From Pseudomonadota bacterium (GTDB taxonomy: Bacteria > Pseudomonadota > Alphaproteobacteria > Rickettsiales > SXRF01), in NCBI GenBank assembly GCA_038043465.1, contig JBBTBX010000009.1:101383-165382 (forward strand): a DNA stretch of 64,000 nucleotides, written 5' to 3'. Positions within the stretch are counted from its first letter, which is position 1. Every line of letters begins with the position of its first letter. The notes beneath the pieces are model-generated. The model was not told where the DNA came from. It ran no database searches and worked only from the letters and a program-made list of their open reading frames with translations. Shown piece after piece: positions 21,060-30,665 of the stretch. The position numbers and the translations under genes were made by a program.

Positions 21060-21410
21060 TTAGGATTTCTTACGACCACGCTTCTTTTTTGGGCATAAAT
21101 AGCTGGAGACGATGTAATATTTAAGAGCGCGGATTGACTCCTCCGATGCGCCGGAAGTAAAATAGCGCAGCACGATATAACGCTCGGAATCAAGTATTTC
21201 CTGGAAGAATCTGCGCTCCCTGCGCGATGACAGCAGCTTGCCTGTCGCCATATTCTCTTCAAGAAGATAGCGTTTCATTTTACGCACTAAAGACAGGTCA
21301 TAAAAAGGGGTGTCTAAGGCAAGCAGATCGTCATTATCATTTGACGCTACTGGAAGGAACACAAAATTGTGACACCGCCCTATATGTTGCATGCGAACAG
21401 TATAAATCAA
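21060..21410 (-). CDS. Hypothetical protein
   Basis: 116-aa ORF with basic C-terminus; no family recognised. Confidence 0.5.
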   Translation of the reverse strand: MIYTVRMQHIGRCHNFVFLPVASNDNDDLLALDTPFYDLSLVRKMKRYLLEENMATGKLLSSRRERRFFQEILDSERYIVLRYFTSGASEESIRALKYYIVSSYLCPKKKRGRKKS

Positions 21411-21475
21411 CTATATATAGAGTCAATTCGTTTTTTTAACTATTATGAAGAGGTATGAACGTAGACCTTGTAATT

Positions 21476-21702
21476 TGTCATTGCGAGGAAATTTATAATT
21501 GTTACAGAAAATAATGATACATCATTATTTTCTGGTTACGCCCGCTACGCGGCGAAAAATCGGACTTTCGGTCTCGATTTTCATACTCCATTATGTATTA
21601 AAAAATACAGAATGGAGTATATTTCCAAAGCAATCCAGTAGTCTGCATATATTGAAAATACTGGATTGCCACGCATTTCTTATAAAAATGCTCACAATGA
21701 CG
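21476..21702. repeat. RPE-7-like REP doublet interrupted by the composite element
   Basis: TGTCATTGCGAGGAAATT ... TTTCCAAAGCAATCCAG ... CTGGATTGCCACGCATTT..AAATGCTCACAATGACG. Confidence 0.8.
21494..21621 (+). repeat. Composite TA-flanked miniature element, copy 2
   Basis: TATA + hairpin CAGAAAATAATGA-TACA-TCATTATTTTCTG + core (21537-21581) + hairpin ATACTCCATT...AATGGAGTAT + A. Confidence 0.85.
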
Positions 21703-21712
21703 GAAGGCTAGG

Positions 21713-21973
21713 TTACATATCTTTTAAATATTCAGCTAGGAATTCTTCGGCAGATTCGTCCGGTTCTTTGCCAAATCCGGTATATACAACTTCACCATAA
21801 TCAGAGACATCTTTACATGCTGTTCTCGTCATAAAATCGCTTTTCATTTTATGATATTGTTTTTCGTTACAGCGTATATAGGCGTAAAAATCTTCACCGG
21901 CGCGTGATACGGCACGGTATAACACTACGCTACTTTGGGCTTTCTGACGAATAACTGAAGCAAATTTGCCCAT
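21713..21973 (-). CDS. Hypothetical protein
   Basis: 86 aa, GGTGAG RBS-like site, DYGEVVYTGFGKEP motif; function unknown. Confidence 0.65.
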   Translation of the reverse strand: MGKFASVIRQKAQSSVVLYRAVSRAGEDFYAYIRCNEKQYHKMKSDFMTRTACKDVSDYGEVVYTGFGKEPDESAEEFLAEYLKDM

Positions 21974-22008
21974 AACTCACCTATGAAAAATCATGAGGTT
22001 TGCTATAA

Positions 22009-22224
22009 TCATCTAGTTTTCTGAGCTGTTGTATTCTGTTTTGCAAAAGCCTCTTTCATTCTCCATTCCTGATCCGGAGAATAATTTAATCCCTTATTTT
22101 CTGTCTGCTGACGAATCTTCTGAATTTTATCAACAATACCTGCTCGCTCTTCATCTTTTAAAGAATCATAAGTTGGCGTTTGGCTAGCTGATGTTTTTTT
22201 AGTTGTTGTTTCATTTTCTGACAT
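22009..22224 (-). CDS. Hypothetical protein
   Basis: 71 aa with GGAGG RBS; function unknown. Confidence 0.6.
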   Translation of the reverse strand: MSENETTTKKTSASQTPTYDSLKDEERAGIVDKIQKIRQQTENKGLNYSPDQEWRMKEAFAKQNTTAQKTR

Positions 22225-22387
22225 AAATCCTCCATCTCTTATCTATGATATTTTGTTTATTTAATTACATTTGCCTATAAATACTGCTAAACAATCTAAC
22301 AAATTTTCCAGCTTTATCACATTAAGCTTTTGTTACAATTTTATTATCATTGAAAATCAGCAATATAATCTTAACTCTGGGAATAAC

Positions 22388-22543
22388 TTGTCATACCAGA
22401 AGCCAGTTTTTTACATTTGCTTGCAAATGTCCTTATAAAACTGAGCTGTCTGGTATCCAGACTTTACTACGCTGGATGCACACATAGCTGATTTTGTAAC
22501 GATTTTTACAAAATCTAACAAAATCCAGCTTCTGGCACGACAA
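22388..22543. repeat. TGTC-tagged REP doublet with both arms expanded (family B, copy 2)
   Basis: TTGTCATACCAG[..]CTGGTATCCAG ... CTGGATGC[..]CTGGCACGACAA. Confidence 0.85.
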
Positions 22544-22547
22544 ATTA

Positions 22548-23180
22548 TCACTTCCGCCCAATCTGCCGGTCGATCATGTCCTTAAGCGATGAATCTTCAG
22601 GCAGCGATTTATAGAGCTCCTTCATCTCCGCCATAGCGTTTTCAGTGTCGCCCGACTGCATTTTATGCATCGCCAGAAAATAGCGCGCTTTCTCATTAGC
22701 GGGTTGCAATATAAGCAGCATATCCAGACTTTTCTTTGCGTCCTGCGTTACCGTTCCACCGGCAGCCAGAATCATGGCGCTGGCATATGCCATAATTAGC
22801 TCCGGATTGCCGCGCGAAAGTAAAATTCCCTGCTTATAAGCATTGGCAGCAGCGTCAAACTGATTTGATTCCATAAAATTATCGGCAAGTTCCAGCCATG
22901 CCTTAATATCTTTTGGGTCTTTTTTTACAGCGTCGGAATTTACTATTATTTTTTCTTTCAACGCCGATATCTCTTCTTCACGCTCGGCAAGTAACGGCAA
23001 AATTTCCGGTGTCCCAAACTGCTTATATAAAAACAAGCCCCCGCCAGCAATAAACATGGTTATCACTAACGAAAATAATGTCCGGTTTTTTCTGGAAATT
23101 TTTTTATCACGAACCACCGGAAACAACAAAATTCCAAGCAGCAGCACCAGTATTGCAGAAAATATTATATATATATTCAT
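22548..23180 (-). CDS. Cytochrome c biogenesis TPR protein (CcmI/CycH-like)
   Basis: Two TM helices plus TPR repeats; last gene of the ccm operon. Confidence 0.8.
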   Translation of the reverse strand: MNIYIIFSAILVLLLGILLFPVVRDKKISRKNRTLFSLVITMFIAGGGLFLYKQFGTPEILPLLAEREEEISALKEKIIVNSDAVKKDPKDIKAWLELADNFMESNQFDAAANAYKQGILLSRGNPELIMAYASAMILAAGGTVTQDAKKSLDMLLILQPANEKARYFLAMHKMQSGDTENAMAEMKELYKSLPEDSSLKDMIDRQIGRK

Positions 23181-23710
23181 AGTCTTTTTTTAGGTTTTGC
23201 ACCATGGAAATAAAAAAAGGCGGCACCTCCCCCGATCAACAATACAACCCATGGTCCGAGCCACAATAACACAGTGCTGGTTTTAAATGGTGGATTCATG
23301 AGAATAACGTCACCATAACGCTGTGCCAACTCTGATTTTATTTTCTCTTCACTCATGCCAGAAGTAATCTGTTGCCTTATGTTACGCCGTATATCGCCCG
23401 CGACTTCCGCATTGGAATCAGAAATAGCTTGTCCCTGACACACCATGCAGCGTATTTCTTTAAATAATTCCTGCGCCCTACGTTCTTGCCCAGAATCAGG
23501 CAGCGGAACATCGGCAGCAAAGGCAAATAAAGGAAAAATCCAAAGAAATACTATAGCCATTCCAACTGAAAAGTTGGGATGGGTATATAAAAATCGAGAC
23601 CGAAAGTCCGATTTTTCGCCGCGTAGCGGGCGTACGCACTTCAAGAATTCCCAATTCTTGAAGTGCAAAAGATATATTAATAAATTAAGCTTATTCAGCG
23701 CGTTTATCAT
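23177..23710 (-). CDS. ccmH: Cytochrome c biogenesis protein CcmH (with 41-codon insertion)
   Basis: IRCMVCQGQAISDSNA, RYGD...PP, LLWLGP. Confidence 0.92.
   Translation of the reverse strand: MINALNKLNLLIYLLHFKNWEFLKCVRPLRGEKSDFRSRFLYTHPNFSVGMAIVFLWIFPLFAFAADVPLPDSGQERRAQELFKEIRCMVCQGQAISDSNAEVAGDIRRNIRQQITSGMSEEKIKSELAQRYGDVILMNPPFKTSTVLLWLGPWVVLLIGGGAAFFYFHGAKPKKRL
23552..23676 (-). repeat. Composite TA-flanked miniature element, copy 3 (in frame in ccmH)
   Basis: Minus strand: TATA + hairpin GCACTTCAAGAATT-GGG-AATTCTTGAAGTGC + core + TATACCCATCCCAACT-TTTC-AGTTGGAATGGCTATA. Confidence 0.88.
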
Positions 23711-24239
23711 TTAATATACTAATTAATGGTATAAATAATTTCGTCATTGTTTCTTCGGTTATAGGTGCTTTATAATGCAACGCTATAGCTCCATTCTTAT
23801 CAAGTACAAAAGTTTCAGGCACTCCCGTAATAGCCATAGGAACGGTTGTTATTCCAGCTTCATCAACCCCAATCTGCTGAAAAGGGTTTCCGCGCTGCTG
23901 AAGATATTTGATCGTATCCGCAGGCTTATCCTTCCATGCTATGCCATAAATATTAACCTTGTGAGCAAGCTTCATGAGCACTTCATGCTCAGTAGCGCAT
24001 GGTTCACACCATGAAGCAAAAATATTAACAACAAGAACGCGACCACCGCCGAATAATTGCGGCGTGAACATCTCATTTTTTCCGAGCGAAGGTAATTCGT
24101 AAGCGGAAAATTTCTTACCCTGATTAACGGTAACAATCGCCTTATCACGGTCATCACCGCTGAAAAGCCCAAGAGCTATGGCAACACTGAGCACAAACAG
24201 AATCAAAAGCGGCAACATACGTAAAATATTGCTATTCAT
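23691..24239 (-). CDS. ccmG: Thiol:disulfide interchange protein CcmG/DsbE
   Basis: NIFASWCEPC, GIAWKD, GNPF, GVPETF. Confidence 0.92.
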   Translation of the reverse strand: MNSNILRMLPLLILFVLSVAIALGLFSGDDRDKAIVTVNQGKKFSAYELPSLGKNEMFTPQLFGGGRVLVVNIFASWCEPCATEHEVLMKLAHKVNIYGIAWKDKPADTIKYLQQRGNPFQQIGVDEAGITTVPMAITGVPETFVLDKNGAIALHYKAPITEETMTKLFIPLISILNDKRAE

Positions 24240-24247
24240 AGGTCAAC

Positions 24248-24862
24248 CTATCCCGGTTCCTTATTTTGAAAATATATGCGGATCTCATCCATCTGTAAAT
24301 TGAGCTTAACCAGCTTCTCGTTATCATGCGCAAGTGTCTTTGCCCGGCGGTGGTAAATTGCGGTTGCATCATCCAATGTGGCGGTACTGCCCAGACCAAA
24401 GCTTTTCAAGCATTCAGCGATATCCAGCCCTTCGGTTGGCGCATCATTAATATCATATCCAGCTTCAATCTCAAAGCCAGCCATCAGCATTGAAAGCCAG
24501 CCTATGCCCCAACGCTGCATATTAAGCCACTGGCGCACTGCCAGATGCATCGCATAAATATTATGCTCCATTTTTTGCCAGCGGTCACAGGTAATTATAT
24601 AACCTTTGTCACGATATTTCAGATGCAGGCAAGCTCCTGTGCGGCTGCCAATTTTCTTGCGCAAGCGTTCCACCTGTGGTTGCTCGACATCAAGATATAA
24701 AACCGCATGATTAATGCCGGTGGCTTCAATTTCCTCTTTAAGAAAATTAATGGCATCGGTTAAACTCATATCAGCAGAAAAGCCATTATCGCTGCGCTGC
24801 TGCATCTTCGCGGTAACAGGAATTGATTCCGGCCAGCTTAAAGGTGATTTAAAATATAACAT
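24248..24862 (-). CDS. Hypothetical protein with degenerate C-terminal J-domain-like region
   Basis: PLSWP...CDRW...N...R; C-terminal FGL...AT.....YHRRAK......KLN without the HPD motif. Confidence 0.6.
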   Translation of the reverse strand: MLYFKSPLSWPESIPVTAKMQQRSDNGFSADMSLTDAINFLKEEIEATGINHAVLYLDVEQPQVERLRKKIGSRTGACLHLKYRDKGYIITCDRWQKMEHNIYAMHLAVRQWLNMQRWGIGWLSMLMAGFEIEAGYDINDAPTEGLDIAECLKSFGLGSTATLDDATAIYHRRAKTLAHDNEKLVKLNLQMDEIRIYFQNKEPG

Positions 24863-26746
24863 TCAGACTTCCCATTTCTGTTTTTTATTACTCAGGCACG
24901 CAGTTATACCACCTAATGCCATTAATACAAATCCTAACCAGATTAAATTTATCATTGGCTGGAAATACAGGCGCAAAGTTGTTTTTCCGCCATTAGCCAT
25001 CTCACCTGTAACGCTATATAAATCACCGGTGATACTGTAATAAATATCCACTTCACTGGTAGTAGTGCCACCAACCGGATAATTCCTGTATTCAGGAAAA
25101 AGCCTTGCCAGTGGTTTATTATCTTTGCCTGAAACCAGAATTTCAGCGCGTTTTGCCGTATAATTATCACCTGCTACATCCGAGCTGTTTTCATATAGAA
25201 GGTTATAGCCCGCGAATGTAGCGGAATCACCATTTTTTACAAGCAGATGTGCTTCTTCTTTCCATAGACCAGAGGCAGTTATGCCGACAACTATGAAAGC
25301 TGCGCCGAGATGCCCTAAAAATACACTGTATCTGCCATGTTTTCCATGTGCATTAAAAAGCCATTGCACGCTGGCAGCAGCAAGCCAGGCAGCAAGGGAG
25401 AAACCGCAAATAGCCGAAATAATTTTACTCTCGGCAAATGCTAAAACTAGAAAGGCAGCGACAAGTGTTGCGATTATGGCAGGAGTTGCTGCAATTATGG
25501 CTTTGCGCAGTGAAGCTTTTTTCCACGGCATAAATGGAACAAGTCCAGCAAAGATAAGTGGAATAGCCATGAGCGGAATGAAACTCACTTCAAAATATGG
25601 CGCACCAACTGTAATTTTATCGTTGCTCACCAGCTCGGCAAACATTGGATATAATGTTCCAAGCAGCACTGTAACGCAGGCAGAAAGTATGAATAGATTG
25701 TTGATAACAATCATCCCTTCCCGCGAGACCGGCAGCATACGCTCTTTGCTTGCAAGCAGACCAGCACGCAAACCGTATAGAAACAAAGCACTTCCCACAG
25801 TTATAATAATATAACCCAAGATAAAAATTCCGCGTTCGGGATCACTTGCAAAACTATGCACCGAAGTAATCGCACCGGAGCGCACCAGAAAAGTTCCAAG
25901 AAGACTGAGAGCAAAAGTGATAATGGATAGTAAAATCACCCACTGCGCCAGCATATTACGTTTTTTAAGCACTATGTTGGAGTGGAGCAGTGCCGTTCCG
26001 GAAAGCCACGGAAGCAGAGAAGCATTCTCCACCGGATCCCAGAACCACCAACCACCCCATCCCAGTTCGCGATATGCCCACCAGCTGCCCAAACCAATAC
26101 CAAGAGTAAGCGCACTCCATGATGCCATAATCCACGGATGAACAATATTCGCCCAGACCTTATCCGCGACACCATGAATAAGAGCGGCAACGGCGAGAGA
26201 GAAAACTATGGAAAACCCGACATAGCCGAGATAAAGCAAGGGTGGATGCAGCACCAGCCCGATATCCTGAAGCAATGGATTTAGTGCCTGCCCATCTGTG
26301 GTAGGCGGAAAAACCCGGTCAAAAGGATTGGAAGTGTAGAGAATAAAAATCAGGAAACCGGCGCAGAGAATGGACTGGATAGCAGTAGCGTAAAGTTTTA
26401 TCTTATCTCTGCTACTTGCAAGCAAGGCACCAAATAACGCCAGAACAAAAACCCAGAGAAGCATCGAGCCTTCATGATTTCCCCATGTACCTGCGAATTT
26501 ATATATAGTGGGAAGCGAAAGGTTTGAATGTTCCACCACATTTTTTACAGTAAAGTCAGAATTCAGGCGCAACGTAGCAAGTGTAGCAAGAGCTAGAGTC
26601 ACAAAAAACGACTGCAGCCACGCACATAAGGGAACGATGGTCGCGAGCATCTTGCGAAGCGGAGCAACAGGCAGCAGATAAACACTCTGCAGCAAAGCGA
26701 CAAGGAATGCCAGAACAAGAAAAAACACTCCTAACTCAGCTGTCAT
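24863..26746 (-). CDS. ccmF: Heme lyase CcmF
   Basis: WGNHEGS, LNPLLQ, HPPLLY, WGGWWFWDPVEN, SVHSF. Confidence 0.97.
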   Translation of the reverse strand: MTAELGVFFLVLAFLVALLQSVYLLPVAPLRKMLATIVPLCAWLQSFFVTLALATLATLRLNSDFTVKNVVEHSNLSLPTIYKFAGTWGNHEGSMLLWVFVLALFGALLASSRDKIKLYATAIQSILCAGFLIFILYTSNPFDRVFPPTTDGQALNPLLQDIGLVLHPPLLYLGYVGFSIVFSLAVAALIHGVADKVWANIVHPWIMASWSALTLGIGLGSWWAYRELGWGGWWFWDPVENASLLPWLSGTALLHSNIVLKKRNMLAQWVILLSIITFALSLLGTFLVRSGAITSVHSFASDPERGIFILGYIIITVGSALFLYGLRAGLLASKERMLPVSREGMIVINNLFILSACVTVLLGTLYPMFAELVSNDKITVGAPYFEVSFIPLMAIPLIFAGLVPFMPWKKASLRKAIIAATPAIIATLVAAFLVLAFAESKIISAICGFSLAAWLAAASVQWLFNAHGKHGRYSVFLGHLGAAFIVVGITASGLWKEEAHLLVKNGDSATFAGYNLLYENSSDVAGDNYTAKRAEILVSGKDNKPLARLFPEYRNYPVGGTTTSEVDIYYSITGDLYSVTGEMANGGKTTLRLYFQPMINLIWLGFVLMALGGITACLSNKKQKWEV

Positions 26747-27195
26747 TGCGCATCACCGCCTTGCCACTTGCCAGAACGCTTCAAAGCATCCACAACTTCT
26801 CTTGGCAGGTATTTCTCATCATGCTTAGCCAGAATCCGCTGCGCTATAAATTTTCCATCCGCACTTAATATCCCTTCAGCGATACAGCCCTGCCCTTCAC
26901 GGAATAAGTTTGGCACAATACCCTTATAAGCAACTTCTATATCGGCATTGCCATCAGTAATGATAAAATCCACATTGTCATCGTTACTTTTTATACTACC
27001 AGCTTTCACCAAACCACCAATACGCAATGTTTTCTCTTCCGACGGCTTATTCTCAGCCACATATTTCTGTAAATCCGACGGGCTGTAAAAAAAAATCAGA
27101 TTACTGCGGAACGCGCTCATGGTAAGCACAGTACCCACACATAAAAACACCATGCTGATAATAACGAACAATAGACGTTGATGCTTTGGTTTCAT
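26743..27195 (-). CDS. ccmE: Heme chaperone CcmE
   Basis: RIGGLV, PNLFREGQG, LAKHDEKYLP. Confidence 0.96.
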   Translation of the reverse strand: MKPKHQRLLFVIISMVFLCVGTVLTMSAFRSNLIFFYSPSDLQKYVAENKPSEEKTLRIGGLVKAGSIKSNDDNVDFIITDGNADIEVAYKGIVPNLFREGQGCIAEGILSADGKFIAQRILAKHDEKYLPREVVDALKRSGKWQGGDAQ

Positions 27196-27371
27196 TGGGG
27201 AAATTGTTCCTGATGTTCCTGCAGAATTTTCAATTTCCTTTGTGCATTTCTAAGCGAACGCAAGGTGACAAACAGAATTGCCACTATAATAATGGTCGCA
27301 CTCGCAAATGACGTCCATACATATAAACCATAACTTCCCATGCTTAAAGCTTCTGCTATATTTTCCATCAT
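27192..27371 (-). CDS. ccmD: Heme exporter protein CcmD (not in ORF track)
   Basis: Manual translation MMENIAEALSMGSYGLYVWTSFASATIIIVAILFVTLRSLRNAQRKLKILQEHQEQFPQ; ATGA overlap with ccmE. Confidence 0.85.
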   Translation of the reverse strand: MMENIAEALSMGSYGLYVWTSFASATIIIVAILFVTLRSLRNAQRKLKILQEHQEQFPQ

Positions 27372-27487
27372 GCCAATAATTTATAAATTCATTTGAAAAA
27401 CTAATGAAAAAAAGTTTTGAATAATATCGCTATGTCTATTATGTATACGCATTATTTTAATTATCGGAAACTATAATTTTTACCAAC

Positions 27488-28750
27488 ATGAAAATTCTTA
27501 TTCTTGGTTCAGGATTGCTAGGCGTTACCACTGCTTATGAACTTTCAAAACGTGGATTTGAAGTGACGGTTATCGACAGACAGGGTTTGCCAGCAGCAGA
27601 AACCAGCTTTGCCAATGGCGGGCAACTAAGTTATAGTCACGCCGAACCCTGGGCAAGCCCATCCCTTCTTCCTAAATTACCAAAATGGCTGATACACCCT
27701 GACTCACCGTTGGTATTCCGCCCGCGCGCCGATAAAGAGATGATTAAATGGGGTCTTGCATTCCTGCGCAACTGCACCAATTTCCGCGCAACCACTAATA
27801 CCGTAAACCTGCTTCGCCTTGGGCTTTACAGCAGGAAATGCATGCATGCTATAATGAATAGTGAGAAACTGGATTTTGATTATTCCAACAAAGGTATATT
27901 GCATATATACGGCACACAAGCAGAGTTAGAGCATGGAAAAAGGCAGGTGGAGTTCCAGGCAAAATTCGGTGGCGATGAAAAAATCCTTTCACGTGATCAG
28001 GTGCTGGCACTAGAACCGGCTCTTGCTCATAGCTCACAAACTATTTTCGGAGGCATCCACGCACATCATGATGAAAGTGGGGACGCGAATTCTTTCTGCG
28101 CTCAACTGGCTAAAATCGCCACAGAAAAATATGGCGTGAAATTTGAATATGGGGTTTCCATTAATGATATAAAAACTGAAGGCAAACAGATTGTCGGAAT
28201 TTCTACCGACAAAGGCGAGATGAAAGCCGATGGTTATGTTATGGCACTTGGTTCATACAGCTCGGTTTATTTAAAAAAAATCGGCATCCGCGTCCCGATT
28301 TATCCGATGAAAGGCTATAGTATCACTATTATGGCTAATGAATTCTGTCCGAACTTAAGCCTTACCGATGGAACTCACAAAATTGTTTACAGCCTCCTTG
28401 GAAACAGGCTGAGAGTTGCGGGAACTGCAGAATTCGCTGGCTATGACCATAGCATAAATGAAGAACGCATTACCCCTATCGTAAGAGCCGCGAAAGCTCT
28501 CCTGCCCAAAGCCGACTGGACTCAGGAAATCAGCAAATGGGCTTGTCTGCGCCCATCTACACCTGATGGCCCGCCAATAATTGGTGGCACACCATATCGC
28601 AACCTGTTCCTTAATACCGGACATGGAACTCTTGGATGGACACAGGCAGCAGGCAGCTCTACGCTCCTTGCCGATATAATGGAAAATAAGAATCCAGCTA
28701 TTTTATTACATGGTCTAACTCTGGGGAGGTACAAGAGATGGCTAACATGA
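27488..28750 (+). CDS. dadA: D-amino acid dehydrogenase
   Basis: GSGLLG, ETSFANGGQLS, YPMKGYS, LRPSTPDG, NTGHGTLGWT. Confidence 0.93.
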   Translation: MKILILGSGLLGVTTAYELSKRGFEVTVIDRQGLPAAETSFANGGQLSYSHAEPWASPSLLPKLPKWLIHPDSPLVFRPRADKEMIKWGLAFLRNCTNFRATTNTVNLLRLGLYSRKCMHAIMNSEKLDFDYSNKGILHIYGTQAELEHGKRQVEFQAKFGGDEKILSRDQVLALEPALAHSSQTIFGGIHAHHDESGDANSFCAQLAKIATEKYGVKFEYGVSINDIKTEGKQIVGISTDKGEMKADGYVMALGSYSSVYLKKIGIRVPIYPMKGYSITIMANEFCPNLSLTDGTHKIVYSLLGNRLRVAGTAEFAGYDHSINEERITPIVRAAKALLPKADWTQEISKWACLRPSTPDGPPIIGGTPYRNLFLNTGHGTLGWTQAAGSSTLLADIMENKNPAILLHGLTLGRYKRWLT

Positions 28751-29382
28751 GAGATTTATGGTATGACTGGTTGGGATTTAACACATTTTTGTTTAAAAAA
28801 ATAAATTCATTAAGCGACCTTCCAGCATATGGGCCTTTAATGAAAGGCATAACCTTATTTGGCGAAAAAAATCTGCTGCCATACATGCTTGGAGCAATTT
28901 GCATTTTTGCATTTTCCTCGATAGTGGTGCGTATTGTCCTTAATAAAGGAGGCGCAAGGAATTATTTATTCACCTGGATTACTATAACACTGATGATCAG
29001 CTCCGGTTTATTCATAAGTAATAGTATAGTAGATTATATAACAAGCACGGCTTCCTACCCTCGCCCCTATGTATTAATTCCTGCGAATGAAATAAATTTG
29101 CTGGAGATATTGCCTGTGGCAGAAGCCTATCGTAGTTTTCCCAGCGTGCATGTGATTATAATCACCATTTTAGCGTTCTCTTTATGGTCTACGCTTAACG
29201 AAACTTTCCGCTGGATCGCTGTGCTGCTTGTGTTTTCCGTGGCATGGTCAAGAATAGCCCTTGGTGTTAATTTCCCTATGGATGTTATCTCCGGTTTTGC
29301 AATTACTTTGACACAGATGATTTTAATTCGCTACGTGCTATATGGTATTGTACGGACAATCAGGATGGCTTTAAAGATATAA
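28738..29382 (+). CDS. PAP2 family membrane phosphatase
   Basis: PRPY, SFPSVH, SRIALGVNFPMDV; the last catalytic His position reads Asn. Confidence 0.85.
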   Translation: MANMRDLWYDWLGFNTFLFKKINSLSDLPAYGPLMKGITLFGEKNLLPYMLGAICIFAFSSIVVRIVLNKGGARNYLFTWITITLMISSGLFISNSIVDYITSTASYPRPYVLIPANEINLLEILPVAEAYRSFPSVHVIIITILAFSLWSTLNETFRWIAVLLVFSVAWSRIALGVNFPMDVISGFAITLTQMILIRYVLYGIVRTIRMALKI

Positions 29383-30287
29383 TGGAAAACGAACCGCGCA
29401 CTCATTTCCTTGATGTTCCGCTGGCTGGTGCAAGTGTGACACATAGAATGGCTGTATATGAATGGGGAAATGTGGTCGGTAATTCCGGCACTGTTTTTTG
29501 CGTGCATGGGCTGACCCGTAATGGTCGTGATTTTGATGTTCTGGCAAGTGCTTTGTCGGAAAATTACCGTGTGCTATCGGTTGATATGGCTGGACGTGGC
29601 AAAAGCCAGTGGCATAGCGACCCTGTGCATTATAATTATGGCAGTTATGTCTCCGATATAGCTTATCTTGCAGTTCAGCTTCAGATTTCCGGCATTCATT
29701 GGATCGGCACGTCAATGGGCGGGATACTCGGCATGATGATGGCAAATAATTTTCCCGGACTTATTAAAACTCTTATCCTTAACGATGTTGGCTGCCTGAT
29801 TCCTGCTGCCGGATTAAACAGGATAAGCAAATATGTCGGTTCATCTCCTGATTTTGAAAACCGCGTTATGGCAGAAGATGAATTGCGCGCCCGTTGCGCG
29901 CCTTATGGAATTAAAAGTGAAAAACACTGGCAGAGTTTATTTGCTCATTCCATTCAAGAAACTGCTGATGGTAAATTTCGTCTTGCCTATGATCCGGCTA
30001 TTGGAAAAAGCTTAAATGCCAATCCTGACGTTCCTATGCAAGATGTAAATCTATGGCCATTATGGGAAGCAATAAAAACCATTCCTACGCTACTCATACG
30101 TGGAGTTGATTCCGACCTGCTCACACATGCAACTGCAATAGAAATGGAAAAAACTCATCCTGATTTTTCTTTGCTTGAGATTGACGGAGTCGGTCACGCA
30201 CCAGCACTAATGGATGAGGTACAGATAAATGCTATTAGAGTATGGATAAAGAAAGAAGACGAGAACTCCAGAAGACGAAAAGCCTAA
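29382..30287 (+). CDS. Alpha/beta hydrolase
   Basis: CVHGLTRNGRDF, GTSMGG, GHAP. Confidence 0.92.
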   Translation: MENEPRTHFLDVPLAGASVTHRMAVYEWGNVVGNSGTVFCVHGLTRNGRDFDVLASALSENYRVLSVDMAGRGKSQWHSDPVHYNYGSYVSDIAYLAVQLQISGIHWIGTSMGGILGMMMANNFPGLIKTLILNDVGCLIPAAGLNRISKYVGSSPDFENRVMAEDELRARCAPYGIKSEKHWQSLFAHSIQETADGKFRLAYDPAIGKSLNANPDVPMQDVNLWPLWEAIKTIPTLLIRGVDSDLLTHATAIEMEKTHPDFSLLEIDGVGHAPALMDEVQINAIRVWIKKEDENSRRRKA

Positions 30288-30330
30288 AACTGTTTCTCGA
30301 CTTCTCGTTTTCTCGACTTCTATATTTCTG
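30254..30330. repeat. Inverted octamer arrays between convergent genes
   Basis: AGAAGACG-type units followed by TTCTCGAC-type units. Confidence 0.6.
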
Positions 30331-30331
30331 C

Positions 30332-30535
30332 TTAATCGTTACGATCGTAATTTTTACGAGCTAGTTTACGCGCCCTTCTTTGAGCCTCTGCTGACTCACG
30401 AACGCGAGCCTCAGAAGGTTTCTCATAATGGCGGCGCATTTTCATTTCACGGAAAAGCCCTTCGCGCTGCATCTTTTTCTTAAGCGCACGCAGAGCCTGG
30501 TCAACGTTATTGTCACGTACTACAACTTCTACCAA
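30332..30535 (-). CDS. rpsU: 30S ribosomal protein S21
   Basis: [21 protein letters not shown]...YEKPS. Confidence 0.97.
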   Translation of the reverse strand: MVEVVVRDNNVDQALRALKKKMQREGLFREMKMRRHYEKPSEARVRESAEAQRRARKLARKNYDRND

Positions 30536-30665
30536 ATTAACATACCCCCTTCCGAGGAATAATCTAAATTATTTCGAGCAAGACTATTAATCTAACAAAT
30601 GCCAATTGGTTTGTCAAACATGGATAAATCATATAAATTATTAGAATAACAACATATAATATGCC

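Noticed and set aside
21499-21711. 70-aa ORF
   Set aside because: Reads through nested palindromic repeats, with a TTG start and no coding evidence.
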